A stretch of DNA of 64,000 bases from the NCBI GenBank assembly GCA_951406725.2, contig OX597828.1:40486001-40550000 (forward strand), written 5' to 3'. Positions 52,596 through 64,000 of this stretch are shown one piece after another. How positions within the stretch are numbered: the first letter of the stretch is position 1; each line of letters begins with the position of its first letter. The DNA is from Octopus vulgaris (taxonomy: Eukaryota). The notes beneath the pieces are model-generated. The model saw nothing but the letters and a program-made list of their open reading frames with translations, made no database searches and was not told the origin of the DNA. The position numbers and the translations under genes are program-made.

Positions 52596-53139
52596 TCCCC
52601 ATAGACAGACAGACAGGTAGATATAAATGGTAACAGAACCTGTGTAACTGGACATTTCCCAGACTGTTTCCACCTGAGTACAGGCCTTTGTGCCTGAAAT
52701 ATAAAGGTTTTTGTAAAACTCTCCACATTGTTAGAAGCTTTCTTATTTCCCCTTTTCTTTCTTTCCCTTCTTTGGTACTACAGTGCTTCAAGTGAACTAC
52801 AACACTCATATATATGTGTGTACACAAGTTTGGGAGATAGATATTATATATTGGACATTATGGGGAAGGTAAAAGGAATTAGAATGATTGGCATTAAATG
52901 TTTCTCAAGAAGATCTGTCCAACTAAGCAAAATTCGGTTCTGAAATCTCTCTCTCTCTGTGCGTGTGTGTGTATGTGTGAGGAGGGGTGTAAGCAAAATG
53001 AGGCACCCTCTCGATTTCCTCAAGACATCTCCCACCCTTTCATCTTTCTAACTGCAGCTTTTCATTCATACCACTAACCTTTCTCACTACATGGAACCAT
53101 TTCATTTGCACCTTTAAAGTGGCTCTCAGGGAGATTGTG

Positions 53140-53325
53140 TGTGACATAGAATGTCATTAGGCTGACCCTTTGTATCACAGTTTCAACATTTTTACCAGCT
53201 GAGTGGATTGGGGCAACATAAAATAAAGTGTCTTGCTCAAGGACAGAGTGCACCACCAGGAACTGAACTACTGACCTTACAATCGTGAGTAGAACAGCCC
53301 TAACCACTAAGCTGTGCTCCTTCAC
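53140..53325 (-). mobile_element. SINE family D, diverged
   Basis: cagctgagtggattggggcaacataaaataaagtgtcttgctcaagg...ccctaaccactaagc. Confidence 0.72.
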
Positions 53326-53828
53326 ATATGTACGTCTATTACAAGCATATCTGACAGGCATTTCTTCAATACTAATCCTTCAAAAGCTATAATAGATGTA
53401 GGTATTTCATGATTAATAGTTCAAATATACTGAATACATAAGACGGAAGACCAGCAATGGATTTTAAATCACAAAAAGTATATTGTACAATCTCACACAT
53501 CAGATTGTTTAATCCCAACTTGGCATTCTTCAAGACAAAAAATCAAAATCCTTCCATCTGAAGCCAAAATGTAAAAAAAAAAAATAGACAAAAAATATCA
53601 CAAAATCGCACAGAGACATTTAGTCTACCAATGTACTGGGGTTTTGCTATTCCACAACACTAACATTGGATAAATTAAATAAGGAAACATACACAAAGTC
53701 CAGTGTCAAGTTGCTGTTATCTAAAATATGACAAGAACCTTTTTTTTTGTGTGGGTGTGTGCATATGTATATAAGTATTAGAAATATATGGAACTGTTAT
53801 TTCAAAAATTTAAAGAAACTAAACATTT

Positions 53829-53880
<52 letters not shown>

Positions 53881-54744
53881 TATATATATACATATAATAG
53901 ATATATATATACATAAAGAGAGAGAGAAAATGGTACACACATTCATATGCATGTGCGCACACACACACATACATACACATGGATATATGCATGCTTGTAG
54001 TAACAAAAGGAAAAAAGAAGTAGAATTTAAATTATTATGTAAGGTCAGTCAAAAAACATCTCACTACTTAAGGCTTGGCGTCAGTGAAGAAAAAGACATA
54101 GCTTATTATTATGGTCGGGTTGTATGCTTGTTAAGCAACAGAATTTTTCCTTGCTAACATGAAGCTTTAAGGTATTGACATATTTTCTGACTAACCCAAC
54201 GTGCGCGTGTGAGTGTGTGTGTGTGTAAGAAAAGAAGAGGTAAAATATAGTGATGATAACGTGTGCGTATGTATTTGAATACACAGTCCGACCAACAGAC
54301 AGACTAACAGACAGATATAACACAGAGACCATAATCAATTAATGCTCATGTTACCATGATTACATGGGTCAGACAGAATTTGTTGAGGCAGATATTCTGT
54401 CACCAAACCTCACCTGTTTCCAAGTAAGGCAATATTTCCCCACAGCCACATTCCAAAGAAGACAGGAAACAAACAATACTTCTTGTACGATGGTGATGCT
54501 CATTACAATTGTTGTACTTTGTCAAGACAAAAGGGACACGCACATACATACAATAGCATTCTTTCAATTTCCTTCTACTAAATCTATGTATAAGGCTTTT
54601 GGTCAGGTCTATAATAAAAGGTCTAAAATAAAAGACACTTGCCCATGGTGTCATGCAATGGGACTGAATCCAAAACTACATGGCTGGAAAGCGAAATTCT
54701 TAACCACACAGCCATGCTTATAGAGACAGAAAAAGCACGAGACA

Positions 54745-54805
<61 letters not shown>

Positions 54806-55239
54806 CGTGCACATGCATACATTATACGGATACAGATGTAGATCAATGTATGTATCCCACATACATAAATACACATGTATAGAAGCACAAACATAATGAC
54901 ATCAAGACAAGGAAATATTGTTCTGCTGAAAGAAAATATGGTTATGAATAATTGATATTTCCCCCAACAATTCCTTGACTCAATAAAAGAACCGAAAAAC
55001 ATGAAACTGTTTAAAATTATTTATAAGACTCAAGTGCTTTCATAAATGTATCTAATTAATACAACTATTTCACTGAGATAAGCCAAGGTTGAAGTAATGT
55101 TTTGTTAATAAGGGGAAGCTAACAAAACACAATAAATAAAATAAAATAAACACCACTCAAACTAAATATTCATAGGGAGTTTCTATAAGGTTCCCCAACC
55201 TGCTAGAAATAGCAGTCAATGTATTAACACACCACTGTC

Positions 55240-55448
55240 TTAACCCTTTAGTATTTAAACAAGCTACATCTCTCCCAAATATTCTATCTGCTTTGTGTTC
55301 CAACTGGCCAGATCTGGCCTCTCACACCAACCCTACAACATTTTTCTGAAAATTAACAGTTACGTCATCGACATTTCAAAGCTATAATAAGATAATGCAT
55401 ACTTAATCCAAAACAAGTGACAGGATAATGTGGATACTAAAGGATTAA
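55240..55448 (+). mobile_element. piggyBac-like MITE family E inside old repeat F
   Basis: ttaaccctttagtattt...atactaaaggattaa; repeat F (cctgctagaaatagcag) flanks it. Confidence 0.75.
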
Positions 55449-55959
55449 AAAAAAGGAACACACTGGCCGTTGTAGTGTCAGATATACAAAAAGACAGGAT
55501 AGGCCAAGACTGACTTTGGACTAAACAATAACTAAATATTGGTGGAGGGGATCACTTTTGTGGTTACTCAACAAACTATAAATAGTAACAGAGTCTTCTC
55601 AGATCACTTTAACATTAAAAAAAATGACATTGAGTAATATGATCCAATGTATATTATGTTTAGAATTTAAAAAAATGACAGGATAGTCAAAATTGGAATG
55701 CCTTTGATCAAAGGGCTGCCCAATCAGGGCCAAACAGCAGCTAAACAACAACAACCAAACAATGGATCTTGTACAGGAATAGGAAAGTAGATATAATGAA
55801 GGTTAGCAGAGAAAGGGAATTGTATAAGAGGCATGAAGTTTTCAAAGATATTGGTAACATAACTGAAGTAAAACCAAGTGTAAATGGTTAGAAGATAGAA
55901 TTAAAAAAAAAAAATGATTTATATAGTTAGCATACCAAGAATTTTACATTTACAAAGTA

Positions 55960-56040
55960 CAAGGTGCCACGCAGCGGGACTGAACCCGGAACCATGTGGT
56001 TGGTAAGCAAGCTACTTACCACACAGCCACTCCTGCACCT
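55960..56040 (-). mobile_element. Isolated SINE family A head
   Basis: caaggtgccacgcagcgggactgaacccggaacc...ccactcctgcacct. Confidence 0.8.
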
Positions 56041-56445
56041 AAAAATTGTTTGTGTGTATCATTATCATCCTTTAACATCCATTTCCCATGCTGACCCATG
56101 GCCTATGTTTGCATGGGCCAGACCAAATTTGTTAAGGCAGATTTGCTATGGCTAGAGGCTCTTCTTGTTGCCAACTCTCGCCTGTTGCCAAACAAGGCAA
56201 TATTTTCCCTATTCTAGACATGCTTTTCACAGAAGAGTGAAAACAAACAACACTGCTTGTATGACAATGATGCTTGTATACAATTAGTGATGCATCAAGT
56301 CAAGGCAAGGAGACATAAAATACACATGATAGGCTATTTTACAGTTTCTATTCACTAAACTCCCTTACAAGCCTTTGATATTATCAATCCACTATGTTTG
56401 AAGACATCAACAGATACAACACAATCAACACCAGATTTTAGACAG

Positions 56446-56510
<65 letters not shown>

Positions 56511-57819
56511 GCACGCAGACACACATGATGGTTTCTCAACAGTTTCTCGCTATCAAACTTTATTCCTACAATATTGGTCAACCTGAGACTATAGAAGAAA
56601 ATATCACAGAACCACATAACTATGGAATGAAATACTTAACTGTATGGCCATGCTTCACATACACACACACACACACCACGTGTGTGTGTGTGTGTGTTGA
56701 TTGATCAATGGATCTTTGCCATTCAACAATGAGGATTCGCTTGTTCAATCAACTGAATTATACTCTTGAATGGGGTTCTATATTGACAGTTTAATGACTG
56801 AAACCAAAGAATTTAAAGAGAAAATGTGTGAGTGCATCTGCACATGTGTCTGCATGTGCATGCATGCATATGTGTGTGTCTGTGTGTGCCTGTATGAGCA
56901 CACATATGTATGCATGTATATAGTGAAGCTCATGAGCTTGAGTAAGTCTGTGTGCCAAGGGGGAGAAGAGGAAACTAATGTTTAGATTTGGGGACTGAGC
57001 CTTTTAACTTGGATGAAAGAAATATTTTTAAAAAAAGAGGGGTTTGGGTAGTATGTAAAATATCCAAGGACAAAATGAAGGTGAGTTAGGGAGTAAACAC
57101 ATAGGATTGGGGTATAAGGAATGTATAAAAAAATAATAATAAAGAAAGAAATCTAAAAATTCACCTTTTGTATTGTCCTGCAAGTAGAGGTCAAAGCCAT
57201 AAAGCCCAGTATGCTTGCTTGTGTAAGACTACACTTGTATTGGTATGTAGTTAGAGGTCATAGAACACAGGTGATGAAGTTCAATAGATTGGCCTGGCCG
57301 GGGAGGGGGGGCAATTGTATGGGGTGTGCAGATAGGGGTTACTAGGTTACGTTGAAGGTTAGTATGAGTGTGTGATAGCAGTCCTGGTGATAATATGTAC
57401 AGAAAGATATGTCCTGGGTATAGCTTTTAACTGCATTTGGTAGTGGAGTCCTAGTGAAGGAGTTCCAGGCTTTGAGGAGTGTGTTACCACCTCCATCCCA
57501 ACTATAGTACTCTGACTCAAAATAGAAGCACTGTCGGGGTCCTAGCTATGGGTTAACCCTTTGGCATGTGAAGACTGGGTCCAGCACACTCTGCAGAAGA
57601 CAGTATCTAAAGTTTCAACATAATAAAAGAAGTTCAAGTGTTACACTGTAAACAGCCTTAACTATGGAATGAAATCAAAGACATTAAAGGGCGTTTTAAT
57701 ATAACAAAACTAATGTTATGAAGACTGACAAATTTATTCTTCAAAATTGAAAATAGAACCTTTATAGAATATGGAATTTCTACAGGTCCTGCTATTTTTT
57801 ATTTTTCACTTAGGACATC

Positions 57820-58175
57820 ACGTTGAAAGGTTTAGTTGAGCAAATCAACCCCAGCAGTTATTTATTTAAGTCTGGTGCTTATTCTATCAGGCTTCTTTTT
57901 GCCAAACTGCTATGTAACAGGAACATAAACAAACCGACACTGGTTGTCAAGCAGTAGTTGTGCAACAAACACAAAGACATACACATACATACAAATAGAT
58001 AATACACATACACATACTCACACTAGGTTTCTTTCAGTTTCCATATACAAAATCCACTTGCATGTCTTTGGTCAGCCCAGAACTATAGCAGAAGACACTA
58101 GCCCAAGGAACCACACAGTGGGACTGAACCCAGAACCATATGATTTGGAAACACCTTCAAACCGCACAGTCATGC
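57820..58175 (-). mobile_element. SINE family A, old copy
   Basis: gagcaaatcaacccc...gtgggactgaacccagaacc. Confidence 0.72.
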
Positions 58176-58902
58176 CTAGATAGATTTTTTTTTTCACTGA
58201 TTTTACTAATATTAGACAAATTCTGTTATAGAACCTGAGAACTGTGGATATCCCATTAGACTAGAACCAGTACACATTCCAACATTGAAAATCAGAAACT
58301 AAAGCCTAATGCGTTTAGTTTCCTATTTCTGAACAATAAACTTTCAAGTAGCGAGTATTTAGATAACACAACGGAACTTGTATATACTATGGTAAATAAA
58401 TATAGCTAAGTAGTGTGTGTGTGTGTGTGTGTGTGTTAGTAGTAGTAGCAGTAGCAGCTAATAGAATACTTACAGCATACTTGTAAATGAAGTTTATTAG
58501 AAATCTTGTGTATGAAGGTTTTCAACAACAATCTCTGGTACTTTGTTGTTCCAATTCAATACATGTTTACATTGTCATTTCAAAAACACTTCACCGTATT
58601 GACAGACAATGGAAGTGTTGTTATTGCTGTTTGAAAAGTGCCTCAAAAACAAGCACATACAAATTCTTCGCTTACCAAAAATAGTGCTGACTGACACAAG
58701 GATAAGCAAAATATGAAATAAAAACAAGAGACATGGGTATTCAACTATGCTAAACAACTGTTCCAAACAGTACAAACTTCATGTTCAACAGTATTAGTGT
58801 TATGACCTGATCAATTTGGTTGAACAATAATTCTAATTTCATTTCATGATGTTGCCATTGTTGCTGTTGATTAGTCCCAGATATTAATGATCAAAGCGAC
58901 TT

Positions 58903-61875
58903 ATGACCAAAGGTATACCACCCATGACCATCCAGCCTCCTTTCTTCAGTAATAGCGTATCTAAGACTACATGCTGTAGTGCTGACAGGGAAAGTGATGT
59001 GAGGGCAAATCAAAGTGAAGTTGATACCCCCGTCAACGATGCTATCTCTGATGCCCTTTATTCTGCTTGTTCCCCAACTCCCGCCCCTCAGACTTCACAG
59101 CTCAGCATCGTCTACACCAACTCGTGCTCCTTATTCCCAAAGTTCAGTGAACTATTTACACTGGCCATACGCGACTCCTCTGATGTGATAGCTATCACCG
59201 AGACTTGGCTGACTCCAGCAGTAAAGGACTCAGAGATCCACCTGCAGGGCTATGTCCTTTTCAGATGTGACAGAGGAAAAAGGCGAGGTGGAGGTGTTGC
59301 TGTGTATGTTAAGTCTGAGCACAAACCGTCCTGCGGTATTCTACCCACAAATGCTCAACCTACAACCAAATTCGATGCCGTCTATTGCAAGCTGAGCCTA
59401 TCTGAGTTTTGCCTGCCCGTGTTGGCTGTCTACAGGCCGCCTCTAGCCGACCCCCAGGACGATGCTCATCTACTCGAAGCGATAAGATTCGTTTCAGCTT
59501 CGCATGACTGCTTGGTACTAGGCGACTTCAACGCTCCCACGATCGATTGGCCCGCATCAATTTGTACAACATCTTCCCGGTTCGGCCAGGCCCTTCTTGA
59601 CGTGGCTGAAGATTGTTTTCTATCGCAACATGTTGAATATCCGACAAGGCATCGGTCTGGGCAGCAGCCATCTATGCTAGATCTGGTATTCTCCCGCTAT
59701 CCAAGATCAGTGTCAGACGTATCTGTGTGCGCCCCTCTTGCCAAGAGTGATCATGCGGTCCTGAAGTTCGTCATGCACACAACTTTTTCCACGCCCACGA
59801 TTACTTCGCTGCCACGTAGAGTCTTCTCTGCAATTAATCTTGAAATTCTAACCGAGGCTTCCGCGCTTCTGGACTGGCGTTCCCTGATGACGTTGTCCTC
59901 AGTTGACGAACTATGGTCATCCCTCAAAGCATATGTAATCTGTTTGACTGACCAGGCAGTTCCCGTTGGACTTCCCAAGAGGAAGAAACACAAGCCCTGG
60001 GTGACGAAGAAGGTTAAACGAGAACGTCGACTCAGAGATATTGCTTGGGCTGAATTCAAAAATCTGGATTCGACTGCAGCTTTTGAGGTGTACAAAACTC
60101 AACGAGACCGAGCCGTGAAAATTGAAAAGAAAGAACGCTTCAGTTATGAATACAAAATCGCGGCAAATGCCAGTAGCAATCCAAAAACCTTCTTTGCCCA
60201 TGTCCAGCGGAATTCCCGCTTGAACAACCAGATTGCAACGTTGGTAGACTCAACAGGCGTATCGATTGAGGACCCTTATCAACAGAGTCAATTATTTGCC
60301 GAGGCTTTTTCAACTATTTTCAAACAAGATGATGGTCGTGAACCCCCTTCATTTGATAGATCGGTACCTCCAATGCTTCGATTGATCATCACGCGGGACC
60401 AAGTCAAACGTGTTATTCAAGGCCTCGATGTCAACAAGGGTCACGGCCCTGACGGCATACACCCACGGGTTATCAAAGCATTGGCTCCGGTCATCTGTGA
60501 GCCCTTAACACGACTATTCAATATGTCATTGGCGACGGGTGTTATACCTGCAGACTGGAGAACAGCGATAATCTGCCCAATTTTCAAGAAAGGGAGCCGC
60601 GAAGACCCGCTTAACTACCGACCGGTTTCCCTTACATCAATAATCAGCAAGATGTTCGAAACCATCCTTAAGAAAAGTATGATGCTCCACCTCCTAAACA
60701 CAGCCTCGATCACTGATTCCCAACACGGCTTCGTGCCGAAGAGATCATGCTTGACCAACTTACTAGTAATGGAAGAATTGGTGACGCGCATCCTCGATGA
60801 TGACATCGTTTTATTGGACTTTGCCAAAGCTTTTGACTCGGTAAACCACCGCCTACTACTTGTCAAGCTTCAAGCATATAGTTTCCATCCGGATATTGTA
60901 CGATGGGTTGGTGCCTTCCTCTCAGATCGCTCCTTCCAAGTTCAAGTTAATGGTTCGCGGTCCGACGTCTCCAGTGCGAGCAGTGGCGTGCCTCAAGGTT
61001 CAGTGCTTGGGCCCTTGTTGTTCTTAGTCTTCATAAATGACTTGCCCGACGACCTCACGCAATACACCCTTCTATTTGCCGACGATATCAAACTGGTCGC
61101 TCCTCGCGGTAGTATAGAGGATCTTCATCGATGCCTCCACCAAATTTGGAAGTGGTCTAACGATTGGGACCTGTGTCTGAACGTGTCAAAGTGCTGTCAT
61201 CTGCCTGTCGGCTCTACTCCTGCAACTCAACTTGATTTCGAGCCGGGTCGTCTGCTGCTGGAGAGGACCGATCAGGTAAAGGACCTGGGTATCTTGGTGG
61301 ATTCCTCCTTTTCGCCTTCGGCCCAGTGCGTCCATGCTGCCAACAAAACGCGCGGAATTCTGTTTTTGATTCGACGGTCATTCGGAATGCTCACAGCAGC
61401 CATATTCCTGCCACTCTATGTCACGCTGGTGAGACCCATATTGGAGTATGGGATTCAAGCCTCTTCTCCTTATCTCCTCAAAGACATACAGCACCTCGAA
61501 AGAGTCCAGAGGCTGGCTACCCGCATGGTTCATGGTCTCAAAAATTTGTCCTACGAAGAAAGGCTGAGGACGCTCGACCTTTGTTCTCTTGAAAAACGCC
61601 GCCGCTGTGGTGATCTCATTCTCGCCCACAACATCATAAACGGGAAGTGTAACCTCTCGAAAGAGCTGTTCTTCACTCCTGCTCCGGAGCGTCGGCTGCA
61701 GAGTCATTCCGAAAAGCTCTACCTGCAATGATTTCATCTCAATCGAAGGAGAGGAGCTTTCTCCGTCCGGGTTGCGGATCCGTGGAACAAGCTGCCAGAC
61801 GAGATGGTGAAGATGCCGACGACCGCTTTGTTCAAAGCCTCCCTGGACCTCAAGTGGCCTGAACTCTTTACATGA
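58903..61875 (+). pseudogene. LINE ORF2 (APE endonuclease + reverse transcriptase), premature TGA at 61729-61731
   Basis: APE motifs VYTN, IAITETWL, DR..RRGGGVAVY, VYRPP, VLGDFN, LDLVF, SDH. RT motifs GPDGIHP, PIFKKG...NYRPVSLTS, QHGF, LDFAKAFD, GVPQGSVLGPLLF, LFADD, KDLG. The frame continues after the stop as FHLNRRRGAFSVRVADPWNKLP...FKASLD to TGA at 61875. The ATG at 58903 lies in flanking repeat DNA, not in the element. Confidence 0.92.
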
Positions 61876-61963
61876 ACACCACCCTGTACTTAACTCCATG
61901 TCCCCCTACATGGCCTTGCTATTTGCTTTTGAGCCAAATTAACTAACTAACTAACTAACTAAC
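59027..61963 (+). mobile_element. CR1-clade non-LTR retrotransposon (LINE), 5'-truncated, with short 3' UTR and (AACT)n tail
   Basis: Abrupt switch to GC/CpG-rich sequence at ~59027; long ORF2; 3' UTR ends in ttaactaactaactaactaactaac (61939-61963). No clear target-site duplication (TSD). The 5' boundary is approximate. Confidence 0.93.
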
Positions 61964-62257
61964 ATTAGCCAATATTTCCATTCTTTTATATAAGAGGAAG
62001 GTTTGATAAAAAAAGTAACTCGACTGCTTTTTTTGGCAGATCAAATAACTGTCTAGAGGCTCCACTTTGGGCTTTGACATTCACGTCATCACTGAAGTGC
62101 TTTACAAGAAGATGGCCATCTAGCTCTAAGAATTCTTCCTACAATAATTCCTGTATTTTATTGCAGAACAAGGAAAAGTTATATCTATTTCTATGCTTTA
62201 TTTGCCCACTCACTAGGTTTCCATATTTTCAACAAAAAAAAAAGAAATAAGTATTAT

Positions 62258-62622
62258 AGGCACAGATTTGGCTGTGTGGTAAGAAGCTTGCTTCCCAAGC
62301 ACATGGTTCCAGGTTCAGTCTCACTACATGACACCTTGGGCCAACCAAAGCCTTGGGAATAGATTTGAAAGAAGAAGCCCATCGTGTGTGTGCATATATA
62401 AGTATATATATATGTCTGTGTATGTGTTTGTCCCCCAGCCATCGCTTGACAACCGATGATGGTGTGTTGATGTTGCTGTAACTTAGCAGTTTGGCAAAAA
62501 AGACCAACAGAATAAATACTAGGCTTACAAAGAATAAGTCCTGGGGTCGATTTCTTCAACTAAAACCCTTTAAGGCAGTGCTCCAGCATGACCACAGTCA
62601 AGTGACTGAAGCGAGCAAAAGA
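62258..62622 (+). mobile_element. SINE family A with internal deletion
   Basis: tggctgtgtggtaag...gctccagcatgaccacagtc. Confidence 0.82.
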
Positions 62623-63144
62623 ACAAACAAACCCTTCACTAACTGATAGCTATTTCTAGCAGGTTCAGCAACCACTAGGCTTCCTAGTGCTGAAGAAGAG
62701 ATATGTAAATGTTTATTGGAGTGGCAGTGTGCTTATCAACTTATAAACTTTTTCTTTAATGCTTTTCCTTTAATGGTATTTTTAACATGTTTTTCATATC
62801 AAGTTTTCAATGTCATCCAGATAAATTGCTGGAGAATAAGACATGTAGGTGCACCAAGTCCGTGGTTTGGTTACAATTCCCTGTTGCAACTAATTCCTTT
62901 AAGAAATTAATTGTCCCTAATTAACTAGTTATCACCAATTATCACTAATTCTTTTGAAAAAGAGTGAATGTCACAATTCTCATTTCTCTCTGAACTAATA
63001 GCATTATGTTTCATGTCGGTTTCGCAAAAAGAACAGAGAAACCATGTCAATGTCACTGTGTAACCAACTGCAGACAGACCATAAGCCTTTGAAGGAACCT
63101 CTGTGTAGCCATAAAACCTGCTAGAAACAGCAGCCAAATCTTGC

Positions 63145-63373
63145 TTAACCCTTTAGCATTTAAATCAGCCCTTATCTGGCCTAAATAGTCCACTTGTTTT
63201 ATGTTGAAAGTAGCCAGATCTGGCTTCTCATGCCAACTCTACAATGTCATTCTAAAAATAAACAACCACATCATGGAGGTCTCAATTCTTCGAGATGATA
63301 CATGATTAATTCAAAACAATGTAAATAAATAAGCATTACATCTGACGGAGGAATCTGAATGCCAAGGGATTAA
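63145..63373 (+). mobile_element. piggyBac-like MITE family E inside old repeat F
   Basis: ttaaccctttagcattt...gaatgccaagggattaa, preceded by cctgctagaaacagcagccaaatc. Confidence 0.78.
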
Positions 63374-64000
63374 ATCGCATCCAACCAGCTTTAAAAAATA
63401 AGGACGGCATGGTAAAAGACAACCCAAAATCTAAATCAGAAGAAACTGGATGGTCAAACTGGAATGATAACAGTGGAAAAAGAGAAAAGTGACAGGAGAT
63501 CTGCAGGCCAGATGTTGGGGCAGGTTGGCAAGTGACTTCACGCTCCATAAGCACTGAGCCTAGGGTTAAACAACAACAACCACCCTCCACCACACATGTT
63601 GACATTGACCCCAACACACACAACCTCTCGACACACACACAAACTTCCTCCTTCTTCACTCCATCCCCTACTTCCCCTAGCTGTTCCAGAAATCTTCAGT
63701 TAGTTCAAGTCCCTGCTTATCTTTAAGTAAACAACCACCATATTAGCAGTTCCTTGACAACATTATTAATCTTATGCTTAGCAACAATGATAGAACAAAA
63801 CAACTTAAGTAGAAGGAGCAGAACCATTGAACAACACATTAACCAGACATTAGCGGCCACGCAAGAACAACAACATCAACGAGATTACCGCTTTAATACA
63901 CATCCAAAGCAACATTAAGATACATCTATTTTTATGATTCATTCTGGAAGCTCTTAAGTATTTCCATCACATCAAAAATTAAAACAAAGCAAAAATTCTT

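Noticed and set aside
57170-57545. Decayed LINE 3' end on the minus strand (also ~5650-5850 on plus)
   Set aside because: Only faint motif resemblance (WNS.., RL...GH), too degraded to support.
61-58775. The many short ORFs rich in YI, CV, HT or poly-residue runs, and recurring peptides such as LLSVSVYQIHSQGFG or RRHLPKV
   Set aside because: They are translations of microsatellites and SINE family A, occur on both strands and in varying frames, and show no protein domain.
58903-59026. True N-terminus and start codon of the 942-aa ORF
   Set aside because: The ATG lies in an antisense copy of repeat F upstream of the compositional boundary, so the in-frame extension is probably fortuitous.
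59751-61899. Antisense and alternate-frame ORFs over the LINE (e.g. 61378-61899, 173 aa)
   Set aside because: Shadow ORFs of GC-rich coding sequence with no recognisable motifs.

Overview
This is AT-rich, microsatellite-dense animal genomic DNA, intronic or intergenic in character. The SINE repertoire (tRNA-head/CORE-like, Nin/Deu-like and Meta-like central domains) looks like an Octopus/coleoid cephalopod genome, which is my inference from recalled families. I can support no host protein-coding exon, rRNA, true tRNA, CRISPR array or prokaryotic system. Almost all ORFs in the track are translations of microsatellites or SINEs. The only real coding sequence is a 5'-truncated, GC-rich CR1-clade LINE ORF2 (APE endonuclease + RT, ~59027-61875) with one premature stop and an (AACT)n tail. 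The rest is a nested mosaic: about 20 copies of one SINE, several other SINE families, hAT-, Merlin-like, piggyBac-like and mariner MITEs, a Helentron-type HINE split by a solo LTR, and decayed mariner and pogo transposases. The observations most worth a second look are: (1) three variant or minimal hammerhead-ribozyme-like motifs next to (TA)n tracts; (2) a minus-strand acceptor-AG-donor motif (2-nt microexon or recursive splice site) at ~43548-43580; (3) a templated-insertion palindrome at 32381-32543; (4) closely spaced inverted SINE pairs that could be ADAR substrates; (5) a possibly horizontally acquired young CR1. Coordinates of decayed repeats are approximate and were read by eye.
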